Positions 10,084 through 19,597 of a DNA stretch of 64,000 nt are shown here, in pieces. Positions within the stretch are counted from its first letter, which is position 1. Each line of letters opens with the position of its first letter. This DNA comes from a virus. The notes under the pieces were generated by a model. The model had not been told where the DNA came from. It worked only from the letters and a program-made list of their open reading frames with translations, and did no database searches. The stretch is taken from IMG/VR virus record IMGVR_UViG_3300037264_003921, positions 61,264 through 125,263 of that record. One strand, written 5' to 3'. The position numbers were made by a program, and so were the translations under genes.

Positions 10084-11319
10084 TTACCTTGTGATATTCT
10101 TTATCCTGCGCTGCACTGATTCAATCATGTTGCTAATATCATCATAATGCAATGAACTGGCAATAGTTGAGGCTTTTGTTAGTTCTGTCGGACTTAACAA
10201 TTCAACATCAAATGGTTCACTAAATCCGGCGTTTTTAACCATATAGTCACTCAATGCCACTTGAACAGGCAATTCATCAACGTCGCCCTCTACAGCTATC
10301 CTTCCAACTGCTGCATCCCACATGCTAGTCAGTTTTATAGGACTCAAATCAATTTGTTTTTGTTGTTGTTGTTTCCCAATGACTGGAGGTGCCTTACCGC
10401 GTTCTTTAGCATACGTAACAATATCATCAAGGCTTAATGTTTTGACAATATCAATAGCTCTTGTAAGATCCGTTGGCTCCATGAGATCAACATTAAATGG
10501 ATATGGAAATCCATGTTTCATAGCAAGACATTCACCAACAAGTGATGCTAGGTGAATATAGCTAGTTCTACCAGCCGCCAATTCTTGCATAGTCGCTTTC
10601 CACCGATCGCGGTTTTCTTCTTTGTGTTTAGCAATTATTGTAGCTCTATCACGCCATCCATCTGGTTCATCAATTTCAACATTTACAGAGATAAACCAAT
10701 TATTATCATGACCTGGCATTATCTTAAACCATCCAGGAGTCGTTGCATCCTTCATAAGCTCATTCCATTTTTTCGTAGCCTCATCTTGATCGTTTCCGAG
10801 TGAGCTTATGACAAATGTCACATCACGTTTTATATCATATCCAGGGGCGTATTCAGCTATTTTAGACAGTACGCCCCTAAATTTCATACCAGTCATTTTT
10901 TGATGTGTAACACTTTCACCATATTTTCTTACTCTTTTGCCATGAGGCTTTAACTGACCATATGGCACTTTTAAGTCGCCAAATCCTTTATATGCCATTG
11001 GATTAAGATTAGATTCACGTAAGAATCCCCATAACCAATCAACAAACGATATCCATGGTGGAGGATTGCTCATGCCAGTCGCTGATAATCCAGGCAATCC
11101 AATAATTTTCCATGCCCCAACATCCTCATCACCTTCAGCACCAAATCCAGTGGCTTCTCTCGACATAGCTTTATCAAAACCATATACACGTAAATATGAT
11201 TCATACTCAGCATGTTTACCAGACAATACTTCCATTGCCACTATTGAATGTGGTTGTACACTTTCAAAAAGAATTAACCTAACGGCACGCCTTATATCAT
11301 CAATGGTGCTCATTAGCAT
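10084..11319 (-). CDS. hypothetical, possible internal head protein with C-terminal duplicated motif
   Basis: N-term LILFES; GF..PF.V.L..PT.LT.A..I...L..DDI occurs twice. Confidence 0.65.
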   Translation of the reverse strand: MLMSTIDDIRRAVRLILFESVQPHSIVAMEVLSGKHAEYESYLRVYGFDKAMSREATGFGAEGDEDVGAWKIIGLPGLSATGMSNPPPWISFVDWLWGFLRESNLNPMAYKGFGDLKVPYGQLKPHGKRVRKYGESVTHQKMTGMKFRGVLSKIAEYAPGYDIKRDVTFVISSLGNDQDEATKKWNELMKDATTPGWFKIMPGHDNNWFISVNVEIDEPDGWRDRATIIAKHKEENRDRWKATMQELAAGRTSYIHLASLVGECLAMKHGFPYPFNVDLMEPTDLTRAIDIVKTLSLDDIVTYAKERGKAPPVIGKQQQQKQIDLSPIKLTSMWDAAVGRIAVEGDVDELPVQVALSDYMVKNAGFSEPFDVELLSPTELTKASTIASSLHYDDISNMIESVQRRIKNITR

Positions 11320-11687
11320 AATCCTATTGGAAACGTATCACATTCACCAGGTTTTGCTGCTGCCGTTGTTGGGGGCTTAGAAGGAGCAGCGTCTCTTAAC
11401 AATTGATAAAAATCATCAATTGACATGCATATATTGCAACCAGGCCTTGTTGGGGGGCCAGCTGGTAAAACAAAAAACAATTTTCTTGGATTACTAAATG
11501 CCTCCAATGTTGCGTCTGGTATCGCCATCAATGCATCACGTAATGTTATAGTAGAAGCATTACAATCCATATTAACAGCCAAAGAGGTAGCAGTAAATCC
11601 AGTCACAGGTTCACATCCAGGAATCGAAATCAAATTTCCTGACATGACCTCCAATTTATTTGCAATATTAATGGTATCGCTAATCAT
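11313..11687 (-). CDS. hypothetical protein
   Basis: 124 aa; CAAAGATA motif upstream. Confidence 0.6.
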   Translation of the reverse strand: MISDTINIANKLEVMSGNLISIPGCEPVTGFTATSLAVNMDCNASTITLRDALMAIPDATLEAFSNPRKLFFVLPAGPPTRPGCNICMSIDDFYQLLRDAAPSKPPTTAAAKPGECDTFPIGLC

Positions 11688-11857
11688 GTAATATATCTTT
11701 GGTTACAAACACGTTCCACAATATATTATCACAGACATGTCTACGTGCGGCTTCTATCAATAGTAAAAACTGCTGCCGCCTTCAAGAATCGACGAAAGAT
11801 GCATAGAGTAGATTTGAGAGTATAGCTTTATAATTCAAACATAATCAATACATTTAA

Positions 11858-13321
11858 ATGTATTTTATACTTATGGACCTTAGTAATTATAAAACAAACG
11901 ATATAATAGACATACAATGTAATAAATGCAATAAACCATATTCTCGTAAAAAACGTAGTCTAATTAAAGCCATCAAAAAGCATAGAACATTTTTATGTGC
12001 CTCATGTATAATGTACATGCAATCTGATAAATTAAGTTACAGAATTAAACTATTAAATGCTGATCCTGAATGGCACCGCAAAGTATCAGATGGCGTACAT
12101 CGTGCTCACATTGATGGAAAATTTAAAAATAAGTCGGCTATAGTCAAGGATAGATGGAAAACTAATCCAAAATCATTCAATATATCACAATCACCAGAAC
12201 GTTCAGAACATATATCATCTTCATTGAAAAAACATTATAAAGTTAAAGCCAACCGCGATAGAACCTCAACAATAAGCAAAAAATTATGGAAAGATCCAGC
12301 ATATCGAGTTAGACGCGCCATATCTCTAGCAAAATCATGTTCTACCAATGAATACAAATTAAAATTGTCCAATGCCAGTAAAAAGATGTGGAGTGATCCA
12401 AATTACAGAAGGAAAATTCAACAATCAGCCAGCCAAAATACAACAAGCATTTTAGAGGATTTAGCTTTTAATTTAATAAAACAACTAGACCCATCATCTG
12501 AGCAATGGTTTAAACATGGTGGATGGACATTCGATATATATTCGCCAATGATGAATACATTAATAGAAATTAATGGAGACTATTTTCACTCAAAGCCTGA
12601 GACATTAAATAGAGATAAAATCAAAAAGGACTATTTTAATAAAAACTTAGCCAATAAATTTAACCTTGAATATATTAATGAATACGAATTTTATGCTATT
12701 GGCAAACTGAAAGATCGTATTAATAAAATATTCAAAATCACAAATTCGCCATTGCTTGACTTTGAACTGTCAAATGTTGATGTAAAGATGTGTACTGACA
12801 TCAGTAGTAAGACATTTTTAAGTAAATACCATTACTTATCAAAATATCGATACGGTGTCCATATTGGTGCATTTCTTAATAGCGAATTAATTGCCGTAGC
12901 TGTCTTCTCGCCAATAACACGCCAAGAAACAGCTAATCGATTAAAATTATCGTCAAATGAAATCATGGAATTATCTCGTCTATGCATCCATCCACAACGA
13001 CATAAACTCAATTTTGCTAGTTGGTTTATTGCACATGCAACAAAATTATTAAAATCAACAAAAGAATTAAAGGCTTTAATCACCTTTGCCGACACAACAC
13101 TAGGACATGATGGCACAATTTACAAAGCTGCAAATTGGCAGTATGATGGCGACACAAAGCCAACTTACTGGTACATTGATAATAATGGTCATTATTACCA
13201 TAAAAAAAGCATATGGGACCAAGCATCACGTTTAAAAATGACAGAAAATGCGTATGCAGAAAAATTTAGGCTAATTAAAATAAATGGCAAAAAATTACTA
13301 CGCTTCATTAAAAAATTATAA
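11858..13321 (+). CDS. second Zn finger/NUMOD3-like/Vsr-like endonuclease + Mom-like fusion
   Basis: FDIY...IEINGDYFH; KYHYL, MELSRL, NFASW, TFADTTLGHDGTIYKAANW; C-terminus aligns with 6007..7554. Confidence 0.75.
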   Translation: MYFILMDLSNYKTNDIIDIQCNKCNKPYSRKKRSLIKAIKKHRTFLCASCIMYMQSDKLSYRIKLLNADPEWHRKVSDGVHRAHIDGKFKNKSAIVKDRWKTNPKSFNISQSPERSEHISSSLKKHYKVKANRDRTSTISKKLWKDPAYRVRRAISLAKSCSTNEYKLKLSNASKKMWSDPNYRRKIQQSASQNTTSILEDLAFNLIKQLDPSSEQWFKHGGWTFDIYSPMMNTLIEINGDYFHSKPETLNRDKIKKDYFNKNLANKFNLEYINEYEFYAIGKLKDRINKIFKITNSPLLDFELSNVDVKMCTDISSKTFLSKYHYLSKYRYGVHIGAFLNSELIAVAVFSPITRQETANRLKLSSNEIMELSRLCIHPQRHKLNFASWFIAHATKLLKSTKELKALITFADTTLGHDGTIYKAANWQYDGDTKPTYWYIDNNGHYYHKKSIWDQASRLKMTENAYAEKFRLIKINGKKLLRFIKKL

Positions 13322-13338
13322 CTCAAATTATATAATAG

Positions 13339-14082
13339 ATGGCTATTTTAGGACCAGCACAACTGCCTGTTGTGCTGAAGACAGACAGTAATCCGCTTAA
13401 AATGCATGCCATTAGTCAATTGGGCCACCCGGTGGTCCTTGTTGAACTAATGGAACCGCAGATGGAACAAGTTTTAAGATCAACTGGTGATTGGATAGCT
13501 CAATATTTTCCATTAGAAGAACGTTACGCTTTTTTTATGACACAGCCACTTCAAGCTGAATATCCATTACCTGATGGCGCATATTGGATTAGGAATGTTA
13601 AATGGGACCCAGCTACTACCCGCATTGACGACATCTTCGGTGCAGAATCATTCCTATTCAACATCGGAAATATCTCAGGTATCCAAAATATATTGACAGA
13701 TTACCACCTTCTTCAAGCATATAGAAAGTTTAGCCAAAGAATTTTAGGTAATGAAGGCCAGTGGGAGTTTAAAGTTGAGTCGAATACAATTAGATTGTTC
13801 CCAGTTCCAAAGGGCTCTTTCCCAGTCGTTGTCGAATATCTTCCATCTGTTACCGAATTTAAATCGCCACAAGCACGTGAAATCACATATCGTGCATTTT
13901 TGGCTCGTATGAAAGAAGCACTCGGCCACGCTAGACGCAAATTTGGTGGCATCCCAGGCCCTGATGGATCAACCATCAACTTTGATGGGGAGGCTTTAGT
14001 AAACGAAGGGCGCGAAGAGTATGAGAAAGCTCAACAGGATGCCATCTTACTTGGTGAGCCCTTGGGTCCTTATGTTTGGTAA
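13339..14082 (+). CDS. neck protein (gp13-like)
   Basis: LGHPVV.VEL...Q, LG.ARRKFGGIPGP.G...FDG..L..EG. Confidence 0.82.
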   Translation: MAILGPAQLPVVLKTDSNPLKMHAISQLGHPVVLVELMEPQMEQVLRSTGDWIAQYFPLEERYAFFMTQPLQAEYPLPDGAYWIRNVKWDPATTRIDDIFGAESFLFNIGNISGIQNILTDYHLLQAYRKFSQRILGNEGQWEFKVESNTIRLFPVPKGSFPVVVEYLPSVTEFKSPQAREITYRAFLARMKEALGHARRKFGGIPGPDGSTINFDGEALVNEGREEYEKAQQDAILLGEPLGPYVW

Positions 14083-14103
14083 AATATTAAACTAATTTTA
14101 AGT

Positions 14104-14364
14104 TTAAATATTTAAAGTTTTAAATAATGAGCCATCAGCATTAAATAAAGAGACAGTGCCAAATAAATCATCTGGTTTTGCCAATTTCAAATCTTTCAAC
14201 GTCGCTATAGCTAATACTCTCAATTCTCCAGAATCAGAAATAGGCACATCATATTCAGGCGCACCAATTTGATGCTTCTCAGTATGGTCGAATTCGAAAG
14301 TTTCAAATTCAGCCGTCGTTTTCTTACTAAAGTCGTTATCCAGTTCTATTATTGCTAAATACAT
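14104..14364 (-). CDS. hypothetical protein
   Basis: 86 aa ORF. Confidence 0.55.
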   Translation of the reverse strand: MYLAIIELDNDFSKKTTAEFETFEFDHTEKHQIGAPEYDVPISDSGELRVLAIATLKDLKLAKPDDLFGTVSLFNADGSLFKTLNI

Positions 14365-14427
14365 TTGATCATCATCACTAAGATTATTATTGATTAGACC
14401 GAAATGCTGACTAAGTCCACCAAACGA

Positions 14428-14562
14428 CTACTCAACCCATAATGGGATTATTTTACCACCAATTGGAATCATACCTTCTTTTGTCTTAGCTTCGAAACTA
14501 CGGCCAGCAACCCATTTATAAACTATCTTATTCAACTGCTCATATAAAACTGACAATTGCAT
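14428..14562 (-). CDS. small hypothetical protein (44 aa, below ORF-track cutoff)
   Basis: Hand translation MQLSVLYEQLNKIVYKW...; fills gap in operon. Confidence 0.5.
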   Translation of the reverse strand: MQLSVLYEQLNKIVYKWVAGRSFEAKTKEGMIPIGGKIIPLWVE

Positions 14563-14568
14563 GACGGT

Positions 14569-14856
14569 CTACTTTATTGATCTATTAAAGTCTTGTGAAT
14601 TTAGTTTCAATACTGAGTCTAAATAAACTATTTCGCCATTTGGTAGTTCAAATAGCATCTTATCAGCAGTATAATGATTGCCACCAACCGACACACCAGT
14701 TGGTGATACAACGACTTGGTCAATTTTTATCAGCTTCTTATCAGCCTTACCACGTCTATCACGTTCTTCTTGTGTATCTAATGGCTCTACATTACCCCAA
14801 TCTGCAAAACTCTCATCAGCTTCCATTAACTCAGCAATTTTATCAGTAATTGACAT
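14569..14856 (-). CDS. hypothetical, possible internal head protein
   Basis: 95 aa, N-term IAELMEA. Confidence 0.6.
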   Translation of the reverse strand: MSITDKIAELMEADESFADWGNVEPLDTQEERDRRGKADKKLIKIDQVVVSPTGVSVGGNHYTADKMLFELPNGEIVYLDSVLKLNSQDFNRSIK

Positions 14857-14859
14857 ATA

Positions 14860-15429
14860 TTATTTTTGAGACGCAAGCATTCCAAATAGCTGTTTCATCA
14901 ATTCATCGCTGATTTTATAAATTGAACACAGAGCAAGAACTTGTTCTGGCTTATAGTTAATACCAATTCGATTATGATACTTCAACATCCTTCTAGCGGT
15001 TCTTTCTGGCCAGATTATGTTCTCAACATACAAATCAGACATACCAGATTCTAAGGCTTCTGCAGCTTGGCTGGTGATTTCATTATACCCACTATCATAC
15101 AAATTACACATAACCACAGACATATCATGTAATTCATGCGGTTTATCAAAATACCAACATATATCAAACCTATCATCGTCATACACTAGATTATATGCCT
15201 TAATATATGCATCGTCATTATTAAAATAAAAATCTAAATCTTTAGTTTTATAGCCTAAATGATATGCTAGTGCAGCGCCTCCACTAATAATGCCACCATA
15301 ATCAAATAATTGACGAATTGTCGATGTTAATTGTAACTCATGCTTGATTAATGGTCGTTTGGTAAGTGACACCAATCTGTTTACACGATTAGACGTAGCT
15401 AGCCTAAGATCTTTGCTGACAGAATTCAT
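14860..15429 (-). CDS. nucleotidyltransferase-fold protein (Pol beta superfamily)
   Basis: ISGGAA...KDLDFYF matches hG[GS]x9-13DxD; RRMLKY..R. Confidence 0.65.
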   Translation of the reverse strand: MNSVSKDLRLATSNRVNRLVSLTKRPLIKHELQLTSTIRQLFDYGGIISGGAALAYHLGYKTKDLDFYFNNDDAYIKAYNLVYDDDRFDICWYFDKPHELHDMSVVMCNLYDSGYNEITSQAAEALESGMSDLYVENIIWPERTARRMLKYHNRIGINYKPEQVLALCSIYKISDELMKQLFGMLASQK

Positions 15430-15749
15430 CTATTCGTGTGGACCATGTGGCCGACCATATGGATCTGGCGGCACAGGTGGTACATCGCTCGCACGTATTT
15501 TAGCACGTTGGGCGAGATGTGGAGGTCCCCATACGCTATACATCTATGTTCAATCGCCTTAGCAATTAAATTACCGTCAAGCCCGAAGATTCTCCCCACA
15601 TTTTCAACTTCCTTGACTGCATCAGTCAGTGGTTTATTGTAATCCCATTCACTACCAATTAATGCTTGTGATGATAATTGTGATGGTGTTGTTATTGATC
15701 TAGGTGGTGACTGATCTTCATTTCGGCAGCAGGCACACGAGTGCGAAGA

Positions 15750-15932
15750 TCATTTGTCCTCCTTATGGATATATTCGGTGAGAGCTTCTTCGAGTAGTCC
15801 CATTCGCTTGCTTAAGGCTGTTGCAAGCTCTACGTCCGTGGGAAAGGGAGGCGCACGGTGGATGAATGTAGCAAGCGCAGTCCCTAGTGAGTGAGTACCG
15901 TACAATGCGAGGTACTTGTCAAGCAGTGCCAT
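15750..15932 (-). CDS. small hypothetical protein in GC-rich islet
   Basis: 60 aa with AAGGAGG RBS; GC well above flanks. Confidence 0.55.
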   Translation of the reverse strand: MALLDKYLALYGTHSLGTALATFIHRAPPFPTDVELATALSKRMGLLEEALTEYIHKEDK

Positions 15933-16194
15933 GGTTCGTTTCCTCCTTTGCCGCAGCGAGCGAGGTGGCGGGCAGGTGCCACAGTACCACGTCGCGTATT
16001 GTTGCGTTCATATAGGTATGACGACGAGCAACGGAATCTGTTTCATCGAAAATTCGGTGAGAAGTGGCAGGTGGTAGGCGTTACTGTCAGGTAACGGCGG
16101 CCGGTCGAGGAGCTGGGAGAGGGTCGTCCCTACATGATGCGGGAGCATAATTTTAGCAAGATTTTCAATAAAATCGTCCATTTAGTTATCCTAA

Positions 16195-16731
16195 CTATTG
16201 TGGGAAACCCATAAATCCTTTTAGATTTGGCAACTGTCCATATTTAACACCATTATAGCTGATATAGAATATGTCGATCCCAGGAGATGCAGTCTCTAGT
16301 GCTACTTTCAAATCAGCAACGTCATTTTGATTTTTAGTAGTAGGCAAATCCCCCCATCCCTGTGTTCCCTGCACTGGCGTCATAACAGACGTTTTCTCAG
16401 CATCCGTTGAACCACTATGTATGATTTTCGCAGTTGGTACAACTGGTGGGCGTGTAGAATCAGAGCTAGCCACAAATCCAACAATAGTCAGACGTGCGGG
16501 TGCTTGCCCAACTTGTGGTACGAACAATACGGGTGCTGCAACATTAAATCCAGCATCGATCAAATCATCTTCAACTTTTTGTGCTTTCTTCTCTAAATCT
16601 CTATGGTACTCGGCTTTGCGGCCGAACGCTCTTGATGGAACAACTTTTGCATATGCTACGAATGGTTCATATTTAGTGCCTTGAGGCCCACTAAGAGCTG
16701 GCATTCTTGTAGATGTAGAATAAAGTGTCAT
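16195..16731 (-). CDS. hypothetical, probable late/virion protein
   Basis: 178 aa; CAAATATA motif upstream. Confidence 0.65.
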   Translation of the reverse strand: MTLYSTSTRMPALSGPQGTKYEPFVAYAKVVPSRAFGRKAEYHRDLEKKAQKVEDDLIDAGFNVAAPVLFVPQVGQAPARLTIVGFVASSDSTRPPVVPTAKIIHSGSTDAEKTSVMTPVQGTQGWGDLPTTKNQNDVADLKVALETASPGIDIFYISYNGVKYGQLPNLKGFMGFPQ

Positions 16732-16810
16732 ATATTATATTTGATGATACTATCAAAATTATGATAGACGAAATTTCCGCCCATTCCTATATTGTGCCAG
16801 TCCGCACAAA

Positions 16811-17068
16811 TTAACACACACACGATAGCGCTGATATCGATGACGACGAAATGGATATGGGATTTGTCCGAGCCACTTCTAAAATATGCTTATGTAGATC
16901 TTGGCTTGAACGACCTCGCCCTAATGAATCGTAACAAACGCGACAAGCCAATTCACTCAACTGCTCATATTGAGTGCCGATCATTTGACCATCAGATGGC
17001 TTATCCATTTCTTCAGGAATTAAAACTTCGCCGCCATCATACACCAATTTAGCAATAATATGTTCCAC
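16811..17068 (-). pseudogene. truncated ThyX-like N-terminal fragment
   Basis: LSELACRVCYDSLG.GRSS...HKHILEV resembles ThyX N-terminus, then breaks into low-complexity tail where GH.S..EH would be expected. Confidence 0.5.
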
Positions 17069-17098
17069 AATTGCTAAAATACATGTTTAGATATAGTT

Positions 17099-17123
17099 TG
17101 GGCCAGCAATTTCTGCTGGCCCA
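17099..17123. terminator. GC-rich hairpin terminator
   Basis: tgggccagca-atttc-tgctggccca right after stop of 17134..17520. Confidence 0.7.
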
Positions 17124-17133
17124 TCCCATTCAG

Positions 17134-17520
17134 TTATACTGATCTCAACTCGTCGTGTAGATCATCAGTGAGAGACCCAACCTTCTTGAGTAAGAAGATG
17201 TCCCTGCCGATACGCTTCGGCATCGCCAAATCGGCGATACCAACAACTGCCTGCGCAGCTGTCACTACATCACGTAATTCACGAACTATTGGTAACCCAA
17301 CTCTGTTATTGTCAACAGATGTCGTTACGATGTCATCCGATGCATCACGGGTTTCCGTAACCAGATCCTCATGACCTGGAACCGACATGACTGCTCCACG
17401 CATGCCAGGGAATCCCAGCAATGGAAGAATCGCCTCATGACGTAGATCCTGACGATACGCACGTACGGTGTATTCCACCGAAATCAGTGTGTTCGCTGGT
17501 TGACTTGCCATTAATATCAC
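17134..17520 (-). CDS. hypothetical protein, own transcription unit; probable start 17511
   Basis: AGGAGG RBS before ATG 17511, upstream hairpin agagcca/tggctct, downstream terminator. Confidence 0.7.
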   Translation of the reverse strand: MILMASQPANTLISVEYTVRAYRQDLRHEAILPLLGFPGMRGAVMSVPGHEDLVTETRDASDDIVTTSVDNNRVGLPIVRELRDVVTAAQAVVGIADLAMPKRIGRDIFLLKKVGSLTDDLHDELRSV

Positions 17521-17590
17521 CTCCTAAACGGCTAAGAGCCACAATGGCTCTGTCCTACTGTAAATTTGACTAAATATTATTAAAATACCG

Positions 17591-17980
17591 TTAAGGTTTA
17601 GATGCGCGTTCTCTTATATGAACAGTTTCAATAGATTTAATATTGTGTACCGTCATACCATCACCAATTAAGGAATCACATTCTATAATAATGGCGATCT
17701 CAGGATGCTTTAAAGATTCAAACAATTTCTTAGCATCATCAAATAACTCTATGTCAGCAATTATTTCATCATTAAATAATCTTATATCATTCACTTTATG
17801 TGTAATGATTCCATCAACTGAATTAAAAGTCATTCTATCAAAGATGCCACCAAATACCTGCCCACCACTCAATCTACGCCTAAGATCCTCATCCTTTAAT
17901 GCAGATTCAATCGTTGCTTTCGGATATAAATTACCACGGCTTGTTGGAAAGTCTACATATATTCCAGAGCCAATTATCAT
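17591..17980 (-). CDS. degenerate prohead protease-like protein (T4 gp21 family)
   Basis: D.P...G..YP, VFG, THKV..I, IADIEL; lacks GELDH and SSRG catalytic motifs. Confidence 0.5.
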   Translation of the reverse strand: MIIGSGIYVDFPTSRGNLYPKATIESALKDEDLRRRLSGGQVFGGIFDRMTFNSVDGIITHKVNDIRLFNDEIIADIELFDDAKKLFESLKHPEIAIIIECDSLIGDGMTVHNIKSIETVHIRERASKP

Positions 17981-18014
17981 CTAATCTCTCGTATTATATT
18001 CGTCTATGGCAATA

Positions 18015-19163
18015 TTAGTCAACAAATATATAGTCATTATGATTTGGACCTGTCCCAATCATTACAACTGGTATACCTGCGGTCTCTTCCATCTTATCAA
18101 TAAATTTTCTAACCTTAATTGGCAGTTTATTAAACTGCGTTCTGCCGCCATGCATCTGATACGCAGACCAGTCAATATATTGTGGAAAATTTAATATCTG
18201 TTTAGTAGCCCCGCAGAATGAAGCGGATTCTTTAAGCAATTGCCATGAGAATGTAAACACACGTCTAATCTTCTTAGTAACTGTGGTACGTTCTTTTTCT
18301 GCCAACACTGATATCTCTGATTCAGGCATACCAGCTTCCCTGCCAATCTGATCCCATGTTAATTCATGTTGATCAGACATACAATCACCAGAGTATCCAG
18401 TTTGTTTCCCATCTCTATAATTATTACCAACACGAATAGGGAATGTTCTGACGTTTAGATACACGTCACCAACCATATTTGGTAATATGCCAAGATCAGA
18501 ATATGCTTGTTGTGGTGTGCAGTCTCTGAACGTACAATATGGATAGTGTGTGCCATGATTGACAGATAAAGCAAATCCTTGTGATACTTCATGCATAATT
18601 GAGTGCCCATCGCTTAACGTTCTGCGCACAGTATCAACAAATTGCATAGGCGTCAAAGTACTCATAACGTCGCTAGCTAACGTTGTCTCCGGTCTGCGCA
18701 TTGATTTCTCTGAAAATGCAGCTCCTGAGCCAGACATTGTTGAAGAAACTCTTTCTGTTGATTGAGATCCATTAGGAGATTCAATATCAATATGCCGCTG
18801 GCTCATAATAACAGCGCGTTGATGGATTTTGACAAGTTTATCATTTATTTTATAGCCAGTTTGTTCAAGTTCCTTATTAAATTGTTCAATCATAAATCCA
18901 GATCCTGGACCAACAAATAAATTCAAATTGCTAAATCTGTCTGCTTTAGTCTTATGAAGAATCGCTGAAGTTGGAACTACTTTTGCAACAAATTTGACAT
19001 TACCATCTAATCCATCAATGATGGCAGTATGTCCAGCATTTGCATAATTACATGTTGAAACATTATTAATATTATATATATCAACAAGCCGCGTTGATGC
19101 AGCTCCTTTTGCAGAGCTACCCCAGGCTGAGTCAACAATACAATTAAGTTTACCCTTTTGCAT
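18015..19163 (-). CDS. purZ: PurZ-like N6-succino-2-amino-dAMP synthase (adenylosuccinate synthetase family)
   Basis: DSAWGSSAKG (Ser where PurA has catalytic Asp), NAGHT, SQGFALS..YPYCTxRDCTP, RTFPIRVG, DQ.ELTW.Q.G, TTVTKKIRRVFTFS, LNFPQY. Confidence 0.82.
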   Translation of the reverse strand: MQKGKLNCIVDSAWGSSAKGAASTRLVDIYNINNVSTCNYANAGHTAIIDGLDGNVKFVAKVVPTSAILHKTKADRFSNLNLFVGPGSGFMIEQFNKELEQTGYKINDKLVKIHQRAVIMSQRHIDIESPNGSQSTERVSSTMSGSGAAFSEKSMRRPETTLASDVMSTLTPMQFVDTVRRTLSDGHSIMHEVSQGFALSVNHGTHYPYCTFRDCTPQQAYSDLGILPNMVGDVYLNVRTFPIRVGNNYRDGKQTGYSGDCMSDQHELTWDQIGREAGMPESEISVLAEKERTTVTKKIRRVFTFSWQLLKESASFCGATKQILNFPQYIDWSAYQMHGGRTQFNKLPIKVRKFIDKMEETAGIPVVMIGTGPNHNDYIFVD

Positions 19164-19249
19164 AATCCCTCCTGCCTACTGTATGAAATGCTTTACCATA
19201 TTTAGCGAGTGTTTCATTAATATCTACATTCACTCATTGTGTACAGTAA

Positions 19250-19594
19250 TTATAACTTGGATGCATGATCAATTGACATACGGAATGGCCAACACCTCCA
19301 ACAGCGTGTGCATCGAACGGCCTTCCTGCCGTCGCGGGTAAACCGGTGTGAACAGGGGCTTGATCCGTCCGGGATGATATAGCCCTTGGCGTCCAAATGC
19401 ACTGGCCATAACTCTTCGACCCATTCCTTCGCCTTACAACCCATCCATTGGCATTCACGACGATAGCCGCCGCCGACAAATTCCTCGATGGCATACCACT
19501 GACTCCATGCATGGTGAATAGTGCCATTGGTGCATCGCTTAAGACGCTTTTTCTTGTTCACCTTACGCATGCCCATGAGATATTCTCTTATCAC
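19250..19594 (-). CDS. Cys/His/Trp-rich hypothetical protein, GC-rich islet
   Basis: 114 aa with HAW, RRECQWMGC, CSHRF, CTRC; GC above flanks. Confidence 0.55.
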   Translation of the reverse strand: MIREYLMGMRKVNKKKRLKRCTNGTIHHAWSQWYAIEEFVGGGYRRECQWMGCKAKEWVEELWPVHLDAKGYIIPDGSSPCSHRFTRDGRKAVRCTRCWRCWPFRMSIDHASKL

Positions 19595-19597
19595 AAT

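Noticed and set aside
17134-17520. Elevated GC as another captured islet
   Set aside because: Has its own strong RBS and terminator and only moderate GC; equally consistent with a highly expressed native gene
18015-19163. Ordinary purA auxiliary metabolic gene
   Set aside because: Lacks the GDEGKG Asp, TRVG and TKLD signatures; motifs fit PurZ better, though activity is untested
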